64,000 bases of DNA from NCBI GenBank assembly GCA_015055605.1, contig SVHV01000002.1, forward strand, positions 288,220-352,219, written 5' to 3'. A model generated the notes under the pieces. It ran no database searches and was not told the origin of the DNA. It saw only the letters and a list, made by a program, of their open reading frames with translations. The stretch comes from Clostridiales bacterium. GTDB taxonomy: Bacteria > Bacillota > Clostridia > Christensenellales > UBA1242. Shown piece by piece: positions 18,090 through 28,720 of the stretch; the stretch's first letter is position 1; every line of letters starts with the position of its first letter. Both the position numbers and the translations under genes were made by a program.

Positions 18090-18247
18090 TTTTTATAGTC
18101 TCTTCTTTATTAATTCATATTAGTTATTTTAGCATATAGAGGGGGAACATTCCAAATAAATAACCATATTCGATTTACTTCATATTTCTTTTATATGTGT
18201 GTTTGGGGCTTAGTAACAAAGGGAATATTGTTAGCATATATTGATAT

Positions 18248-19186
18248 ATGGATATGCTTGGCTTGAATGATTTGTGGAGTAATTCTCCACTAATTGAAAT
18301 TAAATATAAATATAATGACAATAAATATAGTGTTTTTGTCAAATGTGAGTGGTTTTCTCTGACTGGTAGTATTAAGGATAAGGTGGCTTATGCTTTACTT
18401 TGGTCGGCTAAGAGAGATGGTTTGTTAAGGCCTCAACAAAAGGTTGTTGAGGTGTCCAGTGGGAATATGGGTATATCGTTAGGGGCTATAGGAAGGTTGC
18501 TTGGACATAGTGTTACAATCCTTATTCCTAAATTTGTGAGTGATGAACGAAAGCTGCTACTTAGACTATATGGAGCAGAAGTTATAGAGACGGATAGCTT
18601 TGCTGAGGCTTTTGATTTGTGTGATGAGTATGTTGCAAGAGGGTATTTTTGTCCTAAACAATTTGAGAATCAAAACAATGTGCTGGTACATTCAGAAATC
18701 ACTGCAAGTGAGATATATTCTAAAGTGCAAAATAAGGTGTGTGAGACTTTTGTCTGTGGTATCGGCACTAGTGGAACTTTAGTTGGTGTTGGTAGTGTTT
18801 TGAAGGAAAAGATGGGCATTAGCATTGTTGCAATCGAGCCAGATAGGGCTAGAGTGATAACGGGTAATCCACCTTTTGCTAAACACTCTCTACAGGGTTT
18901 GAGTGATGAAGTATTGCCTAAATTATATAACGAGGCTTTGGTTGATAAGGTTATTCAGATAACTGATGACGATGCTATTGCAATGAGTAGAAAACTTTGT
19001 AAAGAGTTGGGGCTAGGTGTTGGTGTTTCTAGTGGAGCAAACTTTTTAGGCGCAGTCCTATCTCAGAGTAATGCTATCACGATATTCCCTGATGACAATA
19101 AAAAGTATCTCTCTACAGCTTTAGTAGAAGAAAAAAATACACCACTAGTAGATAGTATTGAGTTGCTATCTTTAAGTGTGGTGTAG
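18248..19186 (+). CDS. PLP-dependent cysteine synthase family protein
   Basis: SLTGSIKDKVA (PLP lysine block), SSGNMGISLG, GIGTSGTLVG and SSGANFLGA correspond to CysK/CysM conserved blocks. Confidence 0.75.
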   Translation: MDMLGLNDLWSNSPLIEIKYKYNDNKYSVFVKCEWFSLTGSIKDKVAYALLWSAKRDGLLRPQQKVVEVSSGNMGISLGAIGRLLGHSVTILIPKFVSDERKLLLRLYGAEVIETDSFAEAFDLCDEYVARGYFCPKQFENQNNVLVHSEITASEIYSKVQNKVCETFVCGIGTSGTLVGVGSVLKEKMGISIVAIEPDRARVITGNPPFAKHSLQGLSDEVLPKLYNEALVDKVIQITDDDAIAMSRKLCKELGLGVGVSSGANFLGAVLSQSNAITIFPDDNKKYLSTALVEEKNTPLVDSIELLSLSVV

Positions 19187-19191
19187 TGATT

Positions 19192-19632
19192 TTATATTCT
19201 ATTAAATTTAGTAAGTATTGCTACTCTATGCTTTTCTGTTTCAGCTTGAATAGTTTTTAGAGTTGTGTTGGTTCTGGTTAGGCTCTGTAATGCATCTTGA
19301 AATTCGACAGACTCTCTAAAGTATGGGTCATAACAAAAGTCCATACAGCATTGATGACAATAGAAGTTTCTCTGCCTTGCTAGTTTGTTAAGTAGTGCGT
19401 ATGTTTCTCTAGAAAAATATGGATTGCCATCACAGTTGTCCAGTTCTTCTAATGCTAGAATGACTTGCCCTAAACCTTTGAATGTGCTCCTAACATGTTC
19501 AATATTTTTTGAGTAATCGCCACTAAGCATGCCTGCATATATTAGTTTTAGGTCGTTCTCCATAAATTGGTATAGCATAATTGTTTCGCCGAGTGTGTGT
19601 TTGAATCTATCGAAGTCATCTAGTATTTCCAT
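19192..19632 (-). CDS. small helical protein with a HEPN-like RNxxxH motif
   Basis: ALLNKLARQRNFYCHQ contains R-N-x3-H in a helical context. About 146 aa. Start placed at the ATG behind AAGGAA. Confidence 0.4.
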   Translation of the reverse strand: MEILDDFDRFKHTLGETIMLYQFMENDLKLIYAGMLSGDYSKNIEHVRSTFKGLGQVILALEELDNCDGNPYFSRETYALLNKLARQRNFYCHQCCMDFCYDPYFRESVEFQDALQSLTRTNTTLKTIQAETEKHRVAILTKFNRI

Positions 19633-19778
19633 TTTTTTATTTCCTTTAAGCACAAAGTGTATTTTATATTATCCTAACATATTAAGAGTATTTTACCAAA
19701 TGTAAAAAAATAAAAACATGAAAATTTTGATAGAAAAAAGACCTAAATATAACACTGGTCATTTTAGGTCTTTTGTTT

Positions 19779-21014
19779 TTATTTAACCGTTGCTGACGGC
19801 TTTCTTTTTCTCTTTCTCTTTTTTGCAATTTTTACCTGGTCTAGGTAACTAATAACTAAGTCATTAGTGTCTTTTTCGTGTTTATCTATCATAAAGCCAA
19901 CAGCCACTGTTCCTATTCCACATAGTGCAAAACTAGGAATAAGTGTGCCAGCAATACCAGTGAGTACACAGATAGATGTGGTTACCCAGAAACTATTAGT
20001 ATAGTAGAATAGAGCAGAATTGCTAACGCCTAATACTCTGGTTTTTTGAATCATATTGTCTGATAAGTATACAATAAGTAATGGTTCAAGGATTGATAGT
20101 ACGCATACGACTAACATAAGTACGATTTGGTTGTCCATAAATGGGATAAATACTATTGCGATTCCACAGATGAATGCAGAAATTTTTGTATATAACGAAA
20201 TATCTTTTTTCTCATGCCATTTGCCTACGAATAGACTAGATATACCATATAGTAGGTCACTCATACCGTAGATAACGGCTGAGATGGTGAATAGGTCAAA
20301 CTTAGTATAAACTAGCAATGATACTAGTGCATAACAAGCATCTATGCAGAATGTTAGTCCTAATATAATGCTATATTTTTTAATTAGTGCTTTTCTGGTT
20401 GATTCTTTTACTTTTTCATTTTTGTCTTGTTCTACTGCGTTGGTTGTGAGTTCTTGATTAAATGTTGCTTTGTTTTTGTTTTTGCTGTAGAAGATAATGA
20501 GTGGCACTAAACTAATTGCATATAGGGTGGCACTGATTATTGTTAATACCACACTATTGATATTATCAAGGATATATCCACCAGCTACAACTGATAAACA
20601 TGCAAATAGATATGTAAGGAAGTCGGATATGCCTAAATGCTCAGAGTAATTTTCTTCACTGGAGTAGTTGAGAATGATTTCCTCAGGAGGTGCGCTCATT
20701 GCTACATTAAGTGAGTAGAATATACATAGAGGTACAGCAAAGACAAATACATTGATTTCTAGCAATAGTATACAGATGGAGTATAGTACAAAAGGAATTA
20801 TTCTATAAAGCAATAAAAGTTGTGGTTTAGAGTATATTAGTTTCTTAAGCAGTACACTAAAGAGTATATTTAGTAGATATTGACTAACATAAAATAGTAT
20901 TGCTAGATAAAATAGTCCTGTATGCTCATAAACTAGTAGGGGGAGGAATATTCCTATTAGGTTGGTTGCAAAGTTAGATATTGATTTGTAAAATGAAAAA
21001 TATTTAAATTCCAT
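19779..21014 (-). CDS. polytopic membrane transporter (MFS-like) with a basic C-terminal tail
   Basis: About 12 hydrophobic segments and a KKRKRKRKPS tail. The ATG at 21014 is preferred over the TTG at 21056. Confidence 0.55.
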   Translation of the reverse strand: MEFKYFSFYKSISNFATNLIGIFLPLLVYEHTGLFYLAILFYVSQYLLNILFSVLLKKLIYSKPQLLLLYRIIPFVLYSICILLLEINVFVFAVPLCIFYSLNVAMSAPPEEIILNYSSEENYSEHLGISDFLTYLFACLSVVAGGYILDNINSVVLTIISATLYAISLVPLIIFYSKNKNKATFNQELTTNAVEQDKNEKVKESTRKALIKKYSIILGLTFCIDACYALVSLLVYTKFDLFTISAVIYGMSDLLYGISSLFVGKWHEKKDISLYTKISAFICGIAIVFIPFMDNQIVLMLVVCVLSILEPLLIVYLSDNMIQKTRVLGVSNSALFYYTNSFWVTTSICVLTGIAGTLIPSFALCGIGTVAVGFMIDKHEKDTNDLVISYLDQVKIAKKRKRKRKPSATVK

Positions 21015-21097
21015 ATTTGTCCTAATGTTTTTTAATGATAATAGTGTATCATACAACTAAGATAATTTAAAAATAAAAACTTTGATTTTTTGAAATT

Positions 21098-22108
21098 TTA
21101 GTCACTCTTTAAAGTATTAGATAGAAACTCTCTATATTTGACTTCGCTATCTACAATTTTTGAAAGAGGAGTATCTAAGTGTAGAGAATATGTGTTGTGT
21201 AGTTTCTGTGGAGATAGTAGGGAAATAGATGCTTCCTCGGGATTTTTAGATGTAAATGTATAATCTATGTCGAGCTTGAGATTGTCTTTAACGGCTTGTA
21301 AGATTTGTAATACAGAGAAACCCTCGCCTCTAGAAACATTGAGAATTTCTGCTTTCTTTTCGTTAAATCTCTCTAGCACTTCTGTTACTGTATGAGCTAA
21401 GTCGCACACATATATATAGTCTCTAATAGCAGTGCCGTCAGGTGTGTCGTGATTGTTACCTTTAAAGACCATCTGACTGTGGTTTTTAGCAGAATTGATT
21501 ATGTAAGGTAGTAGATTAGAAAACCCTTTTTTGCTATCGTCACCTAACATATATGTAGGCTCGGCGCCGATGGGGTTAGAGAATCTAAAAATGATTGCAC
21601 TTTTTTGATTAAGTTGTGCCCATTTAAGCACTTCTTCTTCGCCTAAGCTTTTGGTCTTTGCATAAGGGCTAAGTGGAGATGTTTGACAATCTTCATCAGA
21701 TGGACAAAGCTCTGCATTTCCATATACAACTGCGCTTGATGAAAAGGCAAATTTTTCGGTATTGTATCTATTGCAATAGTCAAGTATTATTCTTAGGCTA
21801 TCCATATTATTAGACATATACATATCGGGAGAGTGTATACTTTCGCCAACATATTTATATGCTGCTAAGTGAATAACATAATCTATAGAATGACTACTGA
21901 AGATATTATCTAGTATTTGTGTATCTTGAACTCTACCAGTGTATATAGTGAGCCTGTCTGGATAGTCGTGCTTTATTCTCTCTATATGACAACGATGTGC
22001 ATTCTGAAAGTCGTCTAATACTATTACATTGTTGCCTTTTTTTAGTTCGGCTAGAGTGATATTTGTTCCCAAATATCCAGCGCCTCCTGTGATAAATATT
22101 GTCCTCAT
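21098..22108 (-). CDS. NAD-dependent epimerase/dehydratase (GalE-like)
   Basis: ITGGAGYLGTN Rossmann motif and SPYAKTK (YxxxK). The ATG at 22108 lies behind GGAGG. Confidence 0.75.
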   Translation of the reverse strand: MRTIFITGGAGYLGTNITLAELKKGNNVIVLDDFQNAHRCHIERIKHDYPDRLTIYTGRVQDTQILDNIFSSHSIDYVIHLAAYKYVGESIHSPDMYMSNNMDSLRIILDYCNRYNTEKFAFSSSAVVYGNAELCPSDEDCQTSPLSPYAKTKSLGEEEVLKWAQLNQKSAIIFRFSNPIGAEPTYMLGDDSKKGFSNLLPYIINSAKNHSQMVFKGNNHDTPDGTAIRDYIYVCDLAHTVTEVLERFNEKKAEILNVSRGEGFSVLQILQAVKDNLKLDIDYTFTSKNPEEASISLLSPQKLHNTYSLHLDTPLSKIVDSEVKYREFLSNTLKSD

Positions 22109-22208
22109 TATGGCCTCCATTTTTGGATATTATAACTGAATAATTATTTTTTTCAAAGTAATAGCGAAATAAAAAAGAGTTGGATTTCTCGTTCCAACTC
22201 ATTTTTTA

Positions 22209-23390
22209 TTATCTATCTATACTTCTGCCTTTCATATCAAACTTTTGTTGAATGTATCTTCTAGCAGTAGATTCACTAACTGCGATATTACCATATTTAC
22301 TATTAGGCTCAGAAAATGGTGGTATCCTTTTTGCATATCCTATAGCGTTGTCTACATTGTCAAAGAATCTACCTGCTCTGTCTATGGTTTTCTCCGAAAA
22401 ATCAAAGAAAGCATCTGAGTCATAAGATAGGGCATAAGGACTAGGGGTTTCCCATGGGTTTGTAATTAGTTTGCCGGAGTTATTCATGTATGCTCTGGAG
22501 ATTGCATTGTCTATATTAGTTCTAGAGCAGAGGGCCTTTGCAATGCTCGTAAATCCTGCGAATAAATCCCAGTCAATTTTTATATCTCTATGTTTAATGG
22601 TAGATAGGAATAACTCTTGCTCTTCGTTAGGTCCGAATATTCCTTTAGGTATTTGTTTTTTGCCTGACCTCTGTCTAAATGCATCATTTAGATATGTATT
22701 AGCCTCAGCATCAATTCTAGTTACAATATCGTATAGTCCAGACTCGGGGTCTTTAAAGAGAATTATGTTTCTAGAGTTTGCGTCTGTTTCGCCTATTGCG
22801 TTAGGTATAAAAATGCTACTTAGTCCTAATTGTACTATTGCTCTAGGAGAAAGCACTGCAGATAGTTTGCCACTCTCTAGCATTTTTTGGAAAGAATAAA
22901 AACTATCAATTTCGTGATGTAAACCTAATGAGTGTAGTAGAAAGTCTAGTCTAATACTCTCAACATGTTCTCCAGTTTCACTGTCGTTTAGGTGATTAAG
23001 GTCAACAGTTCCCACTCCTATTTTAGTAGAAGCTACCCCTTCGTATACTGCACCGTAGGTGTGTAGAGGTGTAGGGTATATTTCTAGTGCTGAGTTTACG
23101 ATTATTTTGCCCAAAGCTCCTAGCATAGACTCTTGAAAATATCTAAGGTATAGAGGAGAAAATTCGTCAACATCGACTGAGTTTCTTAGTCCTAATCTTT
23201 TAGGAGTGCATTTCTCATGTAGATACATTGCAGTAGAGTCCTTTAGTTCGCTACTCCATTCTATTGAATTTGTATGATTAAGTGTATGAAGTCCTATTCG
23301 ATTGAGTTTGAAATGAGCAATCTGAGAAGGTGGCAGTCTGTCTGTCATTATTTGCTTCATGTATGATTTGATATCAGAAGTGTATTTCAT
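22209..23390 (-). CDS. hypothetical protein
   Basis: 393-aa ORF with no motif recognised. Confidence 0.5.
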   Translation of the reverse strand: MKYTSDIKSYMKQIMTDRLPPSQIAHFKLNRIGLHTLNHTNSIEWSSELKDSTAMYLHEKCTPKRLGLRNSVDVDEFSPLYLRYFQESMLGALGKIIVNSALEIYPTPLHTYGAVYEGVASTKIGVGTVDLNHLNDSETGEHVESIRLDFLLHSLGLHHEIDSFYSFQKMLESGKLSAVLSPRAIVQLGLSSIFIPNAIGETDANSRNIILFKDPESGLYDIVTRIDAEANTYLNDAFRQRSGKKQIPKGIFGPNEEQELFLSTIKHRDIKIDWDLFAGFTSIAKALCSRTNIDNAISRAYMNNSGKLITNPWETPSPYALSYDSDAFFDFSEKTIDRAGRFFDNVDNAIGYAKRIPPFSEPNSKYGNIAVSESTARRYIQQKFDMKGRSIDR

Positions 23391-23572
23391 AATTCACCCC
23401 ACATTTTTCATTATATATATTATACCATAAGGTACGAGTAATTTCAATATGTGTAGGGATTTTTTAGGAGTGGTAAATCTTGTAGTTGTATAAGAAAAAA
23501 AGAACCGTAATCAGTCCTTGTATGTTTGAATATAAAATACATACATTCTGGCTACAATTCTTTTTTTATTGT

Positions 23573-24148
23573 TTACATTTCCCCCATGCCGTCAGACTCT
23601 AATTCAGCATTGCGTCTGGCTCTTTCTGCTGTAACTTCTGCAAGAATATTTCTAACTTCGTTTATTCCGAAAGACAATCTATTGATTGCTGGTTGTGTTA
23701 GTTGAAAACCTTGATTTTCTGTAGGTACAACATAATTATTGACTGCTTGTGTAAATACCTCAAATTGGTCCTCTGGTAGGGATATCATGGTGTTTCGGAT
23801 ATAAGTGGTGATATCGCTCGCGCTTTGGCTCTGACCTAAGCCATTCTGAATCATACTATATCTTCTCTGGGCAGAATCACTGAGTCTGTCTACTAGTATA
23901 TCGCAAAAGATTTCCCTAATGACGCCATAACCAGTGTGGGTTTGAGGAGGTTGTCCGTTGACTGCTATCGAACTTTCTCTTAGGTTATGAGTAAACATAT
24001 CTTGTTCTTCTGGAGATAGGCTTTTTAGGTCGTTTGTAATTTCTCCTCTGATGGTAGAGAGTTCGTCTGTTAACTCTGGGCTAATGATTTGCATAGATTG
24101 GTATCTTTTAGCTAGTCCTCTGATTTTGTCGTTTAGTTCTTGCTCCAT
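23573..24148 (-). CDS. hypothetical protein
   Basis: ORF track 23573-24214. The ATG at 24148 lies behind GGAGG. No motif recognised. Confidence 0.5.
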   Translation of the reverse strand: MEQELNDKIRGLAKRYQSMQIISPELTDELSTIRGEITNDLKSLSPEEQDMFTHNLRESSIAVNGQPPQTHTGYGVIREIFCDILVDRLSDSAQRRYSMIQNGLGQSQSASDITTYIRNTMISLPEDQFEVFTQAVNNYVVPTENQGFQLTQPAINRLSFGINEVRNILAEVTAERARRNAELESDGMGEM

Positions 24149-24285
24149 AATAAACCTCCAAACATAGTGTTTATACTTTAATTGTAGGTAAAAGTATTGA
24201 TTTTTGTCAAGCAAGTTGAGATAAATGGGTAATAATACACTAAAAAAGCGAGTTTGACTATGTAAACTCGCTGGTATTTATTTGA

Positions 24286-25584
24286 TTATTTACTGAGCAA
24301 TCTTGCTCTAATTTGATTAGAGTTTTTGTAGATTTGCTCAATGTCTTCGCCGATATTGTATTGACCATTTTCGTAAACAATCTTGCCATCTATCATTGTT
24401 AGACACACATCACTAGACTTGCCTGAGTAGACTAAGTGGGATAGTAGGTTGTCATGAGGATAGTAGTGTGGCTGGTGTATATCTATGAGTATAATATCTG
24501 CATTTTTACCTGTCTTGATTTCTCCCGAATTGATACCTAGTGCTTTTGCGCCATTGATTGTTGCCATTCTGAGAATATCTATTACAGGAAGAATTCCTGT
24601 GCCATTAGGACATACTTTGCATAGTGTAGCAACTAAGAACATTTCTTTGAACATGTCTAGACTATTATTAGATGCCACACCGTCTGTGCCTATAGATATA
24701 TTTATGCCTTTATGAAACATTTTTACGATAGGTGCTATGCCACTGCCTAGTTTTAGGTTAGATGATGGGCAGGTGGCGACTGAGGATTTATTGTTCCTTA
24801 GGATATCAATATCGTTGTCGGTCATGTCTACACAATGATAACATAAGCAACGGTGTTTAAAGAATCCTAATTTTTCTAGATACTGTGTTGGTGTGAGTCC
24901 GGTCTTTGCTAAATGTTCTGAGTTTTCCTTTTCCGTTTCGGATAAGTGTATGCTAAGGGCGATATTATTCTTGTCTGCAAATTCAATACTCTCTCTAATG
25001 GCTTTTTCACTAGTTGTGTATACTGCATGGATAAAGCAGGAAGTTTGAACTTTGTCTGAATTATTAATATCTTTTGCACATTGTTCGAGGTATTCTACAT
25101 TAGACATACCTATATCTCTCATGGCAGGGCCTATACCTATTCTTCCCCTCATACCACTTTTTTTAAGAACTTCACTTACTCTGCTGTTGTGGAAGTATCC
25201 TTCTTCTATAGCAGTGATTCCTCCTCTTACGCTCTCTGCTATGCCCAAATATTCGCCCCAGTATACATCTTCTGGAGTGATTTTTGCCTCTGTTGGTAGT
25301 ACATTATCAAAGAGCCACTCATTTAGTGGTGCATCGTCTTTTAGGCTTCTAAGTAGTGTCATTGGGGTATGACAGTGAGTGTTTACAAAACCTGGCATAA
25401 GGATATTACCTTTGCAGTCGATTATTCTATCATATTCACCTGTGTTAGTGTTGTTGCCAACATTTGTGATAGTTCCGTCTGTTACTTCGACCGAGCCTAA
25501 TACCAACTTTCCTTTCTCTATATCTAAAATATTTGCATTTGTAAATAATGTTTTCATACTATACCTTACTGGAATAAATTTCAT
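24286..25584 (-). CDS. mtaD: amidohydrolase, 5-methylthioadenosine/S-adenosylhomocysteine deaminase-like
   Basis: PGFVNTHCHTPMTLLRSLKDD..WL matches the HxH metal site and MtaD/SsnA-type blocks. The true start may be the ATG at 25557. Confidence 0.7.
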   Translation of the reverse strand: MKFIPVRYSMKTLFTNANILDIEKGKLVLGSVEVTDGTITNVGNNTNTGEYDRIIDCKGNILMPGFVNTHCHTPMTLLRSLKDDAPLNEWLFDNVLPTEAKITPEDVYWGEYLGIAESVRGGITAIEEGYFHNSRVSEVLKKSGMRGRIGIGPAMRDIGMSNVEYLEQCAKDINNSDKVQTSCFIHAVYTTSEKAIRESIEFADKNNIALSIHLSETEKENSEHLAKTGLTPTQYLEKLGFFKHRCLCYHCVDMTDNDIDILRNNKSSVATCPSSNLKLGSGIAPIVKMFHKGINISIGTDGVASNNSLDMFKEMFLVATLCKVCPNGTGILPVIDILRMATINGAKALGINSGEIKTGKNADIILIDIHQPHYYPHDNLLSHLVYSGKSSDVCLTMIDGKIVYENGQYNIGEDIEQIYKNSNQIRARLLSK

Positions 25585-25819
25585 AGATAGTTATAGCACA
25601 AAAACTAAATCCTGTAAATGTATTGATATTATGGCTGATTAAAATTATATTTTATTAATAGATTAAATGCTACAAAAAAATTCTACAATAAAGAGTGTTT
25701 GTTTCTTAATGTATTTGGCTGTAAGGAAAAATTATGTTAAAATAGAAAATGTAAATTTTTATTAATTAATTATATCTTATTTGTTTTTTAAATATAATTT
25801 TTCAGTAGGAGTTTTGCTT

Positions 25820-27304
25820 ATGAATAAGACCGATTGGGATTTTACACTTGCTAACTATGATGCCGTATGGCTTTTTGTTGTGCAAATAGGGCTATTGTTG
25901 CTATGTCTAATGTTAGGTAATGTTCTTCGTAGGAAAATACCACTATTTAGAAATTGTTTAGTACCATCTGCATTATTAGGTGGTGTTATACTACTCGTAG
26001 TTGATGTTATTTGCTCACAGTTTGGTGTTGAGATTGTAAACAACCGTATTATGCAGGTAGTGACATATCATTGTTTGGCAATAGGCTTTGCCGCCATGAC
26101 TCTCAAGACTGAGAAGAGTGCTCACAAGACAAAGAAGAGTCAAGTGCTAGAGTTTGGTGCTTTGCAGGGTGGTACATATATGTTACAAGCTTTTGTAGGA
26201 CTAGGTATTACCATTATATTCTTCTTGCTCACACAGTATGGAGATAATATAATCTCATATATTTGTGGTTTGATTTTACCATTAGCGTTTGGTCAAGGTC
26301 CTGGTAATGCTCTTAGTTGGGATATTAACTTTACTAATACTCCTGCTACCATGTTTGCTGGAAACGGAAGTTTTGGCTTGTCACTAGCATCTATTGGATT
26401 TATTGTCGCATCAGTGTTTGGTGTTGTGTATATCAATATTCACAAGAAAAAGGGAACATTGTTTGTTAGAGATTCAAAGATGTCGTCACAGTTTGTTGAC
26501 CAGACTAATCCAACTGGTACAGAGATTCCAGATAATGAGTCTATAGACAAGTTCACTATTCAAGTTGGCTTTGTTGCACTTGCTTATGCACTATCTTTTG
26601 GCTTTATGTGTTTGCTGGGCGTAATCTCAGATTTTACTAATAGTATTGCATGGGGATTTAACTTCCTTTGGGCGTCTCTCGCTGCAATGTTAATTAAATT
26701 CTGTGTAACAAAATTAAGAAAAAAGAAAATAATGAATCGTAAGTATATCAATAACTATCAGATGGATAGGATATCAGGCTTTGCCTTTGACCTAATGATA
26801 GTTGCAGGTGTAGCAGCAATTGAGATTAATGATATTAAGAGATATTTGCTTCCTATTATAATTCTTAGCCTAGTTGGAGCATTGATTACTTATGTTTATA
26901 TTCGTTTGGTGGCTAAACATTGTTTCAAGGGTTTTGAGCATGAGTTCTTCCTTATGAGCTTTGGAACTCTTACAGGTACTGCATCTAATGGAATGATACT
27001 TATGAAAGAGGTAGACCCTAGCCTTAGAACTCCAACTTCTAGTTTGTATATCCTTTCTAATTTTCCGGCAATGATTATGATAGCACCATTGTTATTGCTT
27101 TTGGGCTTTGCTGGTAAATCTCTAACTAGTGCAATTATAGCTTGTGCAATATTCTTTGTGTTGTGGCTGGTGTATACTATGTTCCTCTTCCGTAGGAAGG
27201 TATTTAAGAAACATTACAAAGATAGTCCAGCACCAGTTTGGACAGATGAAGAGATAGATGACTCAAATCCAACAGAAATAGTTGAAACTGTAGAAGAAGA
27301 GTAA
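25820..27304 (+). CDS. sodium/glutamate symporter family (GltS-like) membrane protein
   Basis: The N-terminus (LLLLCLMLGNVLRRKIPLFRNCLVPSALLGGVILL) and SFGTLTGTASNGMILMK resemble GltS blocks. The ATG at 25820 lies behind TAGGAG. Confidence 0.55.
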   Translation: MNKTDWDFTLANYDAVWLFVVQIGLLLLCLMLGNVLRRKIPLFRNCLVPSALLGGVILLVVDVICSQFGVEIVNNRIMQVVTYHCLAIGFAAMTLKTEKSAHKTKKSQVLEFGALQGGTYMLQAFVGLGITIIFFLLTQYGDNIISYICGLILPLAFGQGPGNALSWDINFTNTPATMFAGNGSFGLSLASIGFIVASVFGVVYINIHKKKGTLFVRDSKMSSQFVDQTNPTGTEIPDNESIDKFTIQVGFVALAYALSFGFMCLLGVISDFTNSIAWGFNFLWASLAAMLIKFCVTKLRKKKIMNRKYINNYQMDRISGFAFDLMIVAGVAAIEINDIKRYLLPIIILSLVGALITYVYIRLVAKHCFKGFEHEFFLMSFGTLTGTASNGMILMKEVDPSLRTPTSSLYILSNFPAMIMIAPLLLLLGFAGKSLTSAIIACAIFFVLWLVYTMFLFRRKVFKKHYKDSPAPVWTDEEIDDSNPTEIVETVEEE

Positions 27305-27356
27305 AACTGAATTAAAAAAAGATTGTGTATATGAGCACAATCTTTTTTTTAAGGAA

Positions 27357-28295
27357 TTATTTGTTTTTTATTGATTTTTCTTCTCTTAGTCTTTGAGAAA
27401 TCTCTACTTGTGTACTAGAAAAACGACATTTTTCAATAGTTTTATATTCCCGATCGTATGAATGATATTTTTTCCAGAATAAAATACCTGTTGTATAATA
27501 AGCTTCTTTTGTTTTTGTTACTTCCTTATCTCGATAAACTTCAACATTTATCAATAATGCTAATTGATTATTTTCATACATGTCATTACTAGTAAAGGTA
27601 ATATCAAAATTCTCATACTTGCTATTTTTTAAAGAGAATCGTTTGTTTAATAGTTCTTTTTTGCTTTTCTTAGAACATATTGTTAATTTTAAATCATCAT
27701 CTGATTTAGATTCCCAGTCAACAGCCAAACTAACCACAGCTTGTTTTGCATATTTATCAAAAGTAAAAAATGGGGACAATCTAAATTGAAGCTTATTTCC
27801 AGAGAAATCTCCATATTTAACACTTTTCTTTTCTGCAAAAATATTTTTATTCTGGTTTGTTTTATAGATTTTAATATCTGTAATTTGGTCTAATTGTTTG
27901 TATTTTTGGGCAATTTTATCTAAGAGGGTGTTATATTGGTGAATGCATTCGTCGAGATTCATTTCTTCGTTTTTATCTAAAGTGTGTTTGTTTTTATTTC
28001 CATTCTCATTTATACTTGTTGCTCTTAAAAATTTTATACGGGCAGGGTCTTCTATAACTTTTTTACATAAAAAATCTATGCTACCTAAGAAGGTTTGGCT
28101 GGTTATTTTATCTTTTGTAGACAATTTGGATACCAGTAAGCCAACCTTAGTAATAAGTGTCTGCATGTCGTTTGAAAATCTTGTAGTGTACTTTTTTTTA
28201 TATGAATCACAAGCAGAAAGAAATGCTGCTTTCATTTCTTTTTGTGATAGTAGTTTATTTAATTCTTGTTTTGCATTGTGTGCCAAATTAATCAT
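27357..28295 (-). CDS. hypothetical Lys-rich protein
   Basis: 312-aa ORF, very AT-rich, adjacent to the tRNA-Gln remnant region. No secure motif. Confidence 0.5.
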   Translation of the reverse strand: MINLAHNAKQELNKLLSQKEMKAAFLSACDSYKKKYTTRFSNDMQTLITKVGLLVSKLSTKDKITSQTFLGSIDFLCKKVIEDPARIKFLRATSINENGNKNKHTLDKNEEMNLDECIHQYNTLLDKIAQKYKQLDQITDIKIYKTNQNKNIFAEKKSVKYGDFSGNKLQFRLSPFFTFDKYAKQAVVSLAVDWESKSDDDLKLTICSKKSKKELLNKRFSLKNSKYENFDITFTSNDMYENNQLALLINVEVYRDKEVTKTKEAYYTTGILFWKKYHSYDREYKTIEKCRFSSTQVEISQRLREEKSIKNK

Positions 28296-28457
28296 AACTC
28301 ACCTCTCATGTTTGCATTGTAACATAAGATGGTGAAAAAATCAACAATCAGCATAGTGTTTGTCTATTTGGTAAATGAAGTGTATGTGTATGTAAATGTC
28401 TAGTTGCTCTGCTGGGTGCATATTAATATATAAAAAAGCACCTATTTCAGGTGCAAG

Positions 28458-28482
28458 ATTTTGGCTGGGGTAGTAGGATTTG
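28458..28482 (-). repeat. 25-nt duplicate of the tRNA-Gln 3' end
   Basis: ATTTTGGCTGGGGTAGTAGGATTTG at 28458-28482 is identical to 28641-28665, which is the tRNA-Gln 3' end plus 4 nt. It is followed by the hairpin GCACCTGAAATAGGTGC and a T-run on the minus strand. Confidence 0.85.
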
Positions 28483-28644
28483 TCTATATGAGCGATAGCG
28501 AATATATTTCGTTTGGTGGAGAACTGGTGCTCCAAAAACCAAACGAATACAGTTCAAATGCAACTGCTAACTAGCAGTTGGTGTGCTGTGCACACGGCTA
28601 CTACCTGAGCACAAAAAATGCACTGATTACTCAGTGCATAAATT

Positions 28645-28720
28645 TGGCTGGGGTAGTAGGATTTGAACCCACGAAATGACGGAGTCAGAGTCCGTTGCCT
28701 TACCGCTTGGCGATACCCCA
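28645..28720 (-). tRNA. tRNA-Gln (anticodon CUG)
   Basis: The reverse complement is TGGGGTATCGCCAAGCGGTAAGGCAACGGACTCTGACTCCGTCATTTCGTGGGTTCAAATCCTACTACCCCAGCCA. Anticodon loop CTCTGAC, with an encoded CCA. Confidence 0.92.

Noticed and set aside
28341-28535. 64-aa minus-strand ORF
   Set aside because: It covers the tRNA-Gln 3'-end duplicate and hairpin stack, so it is non-coding.
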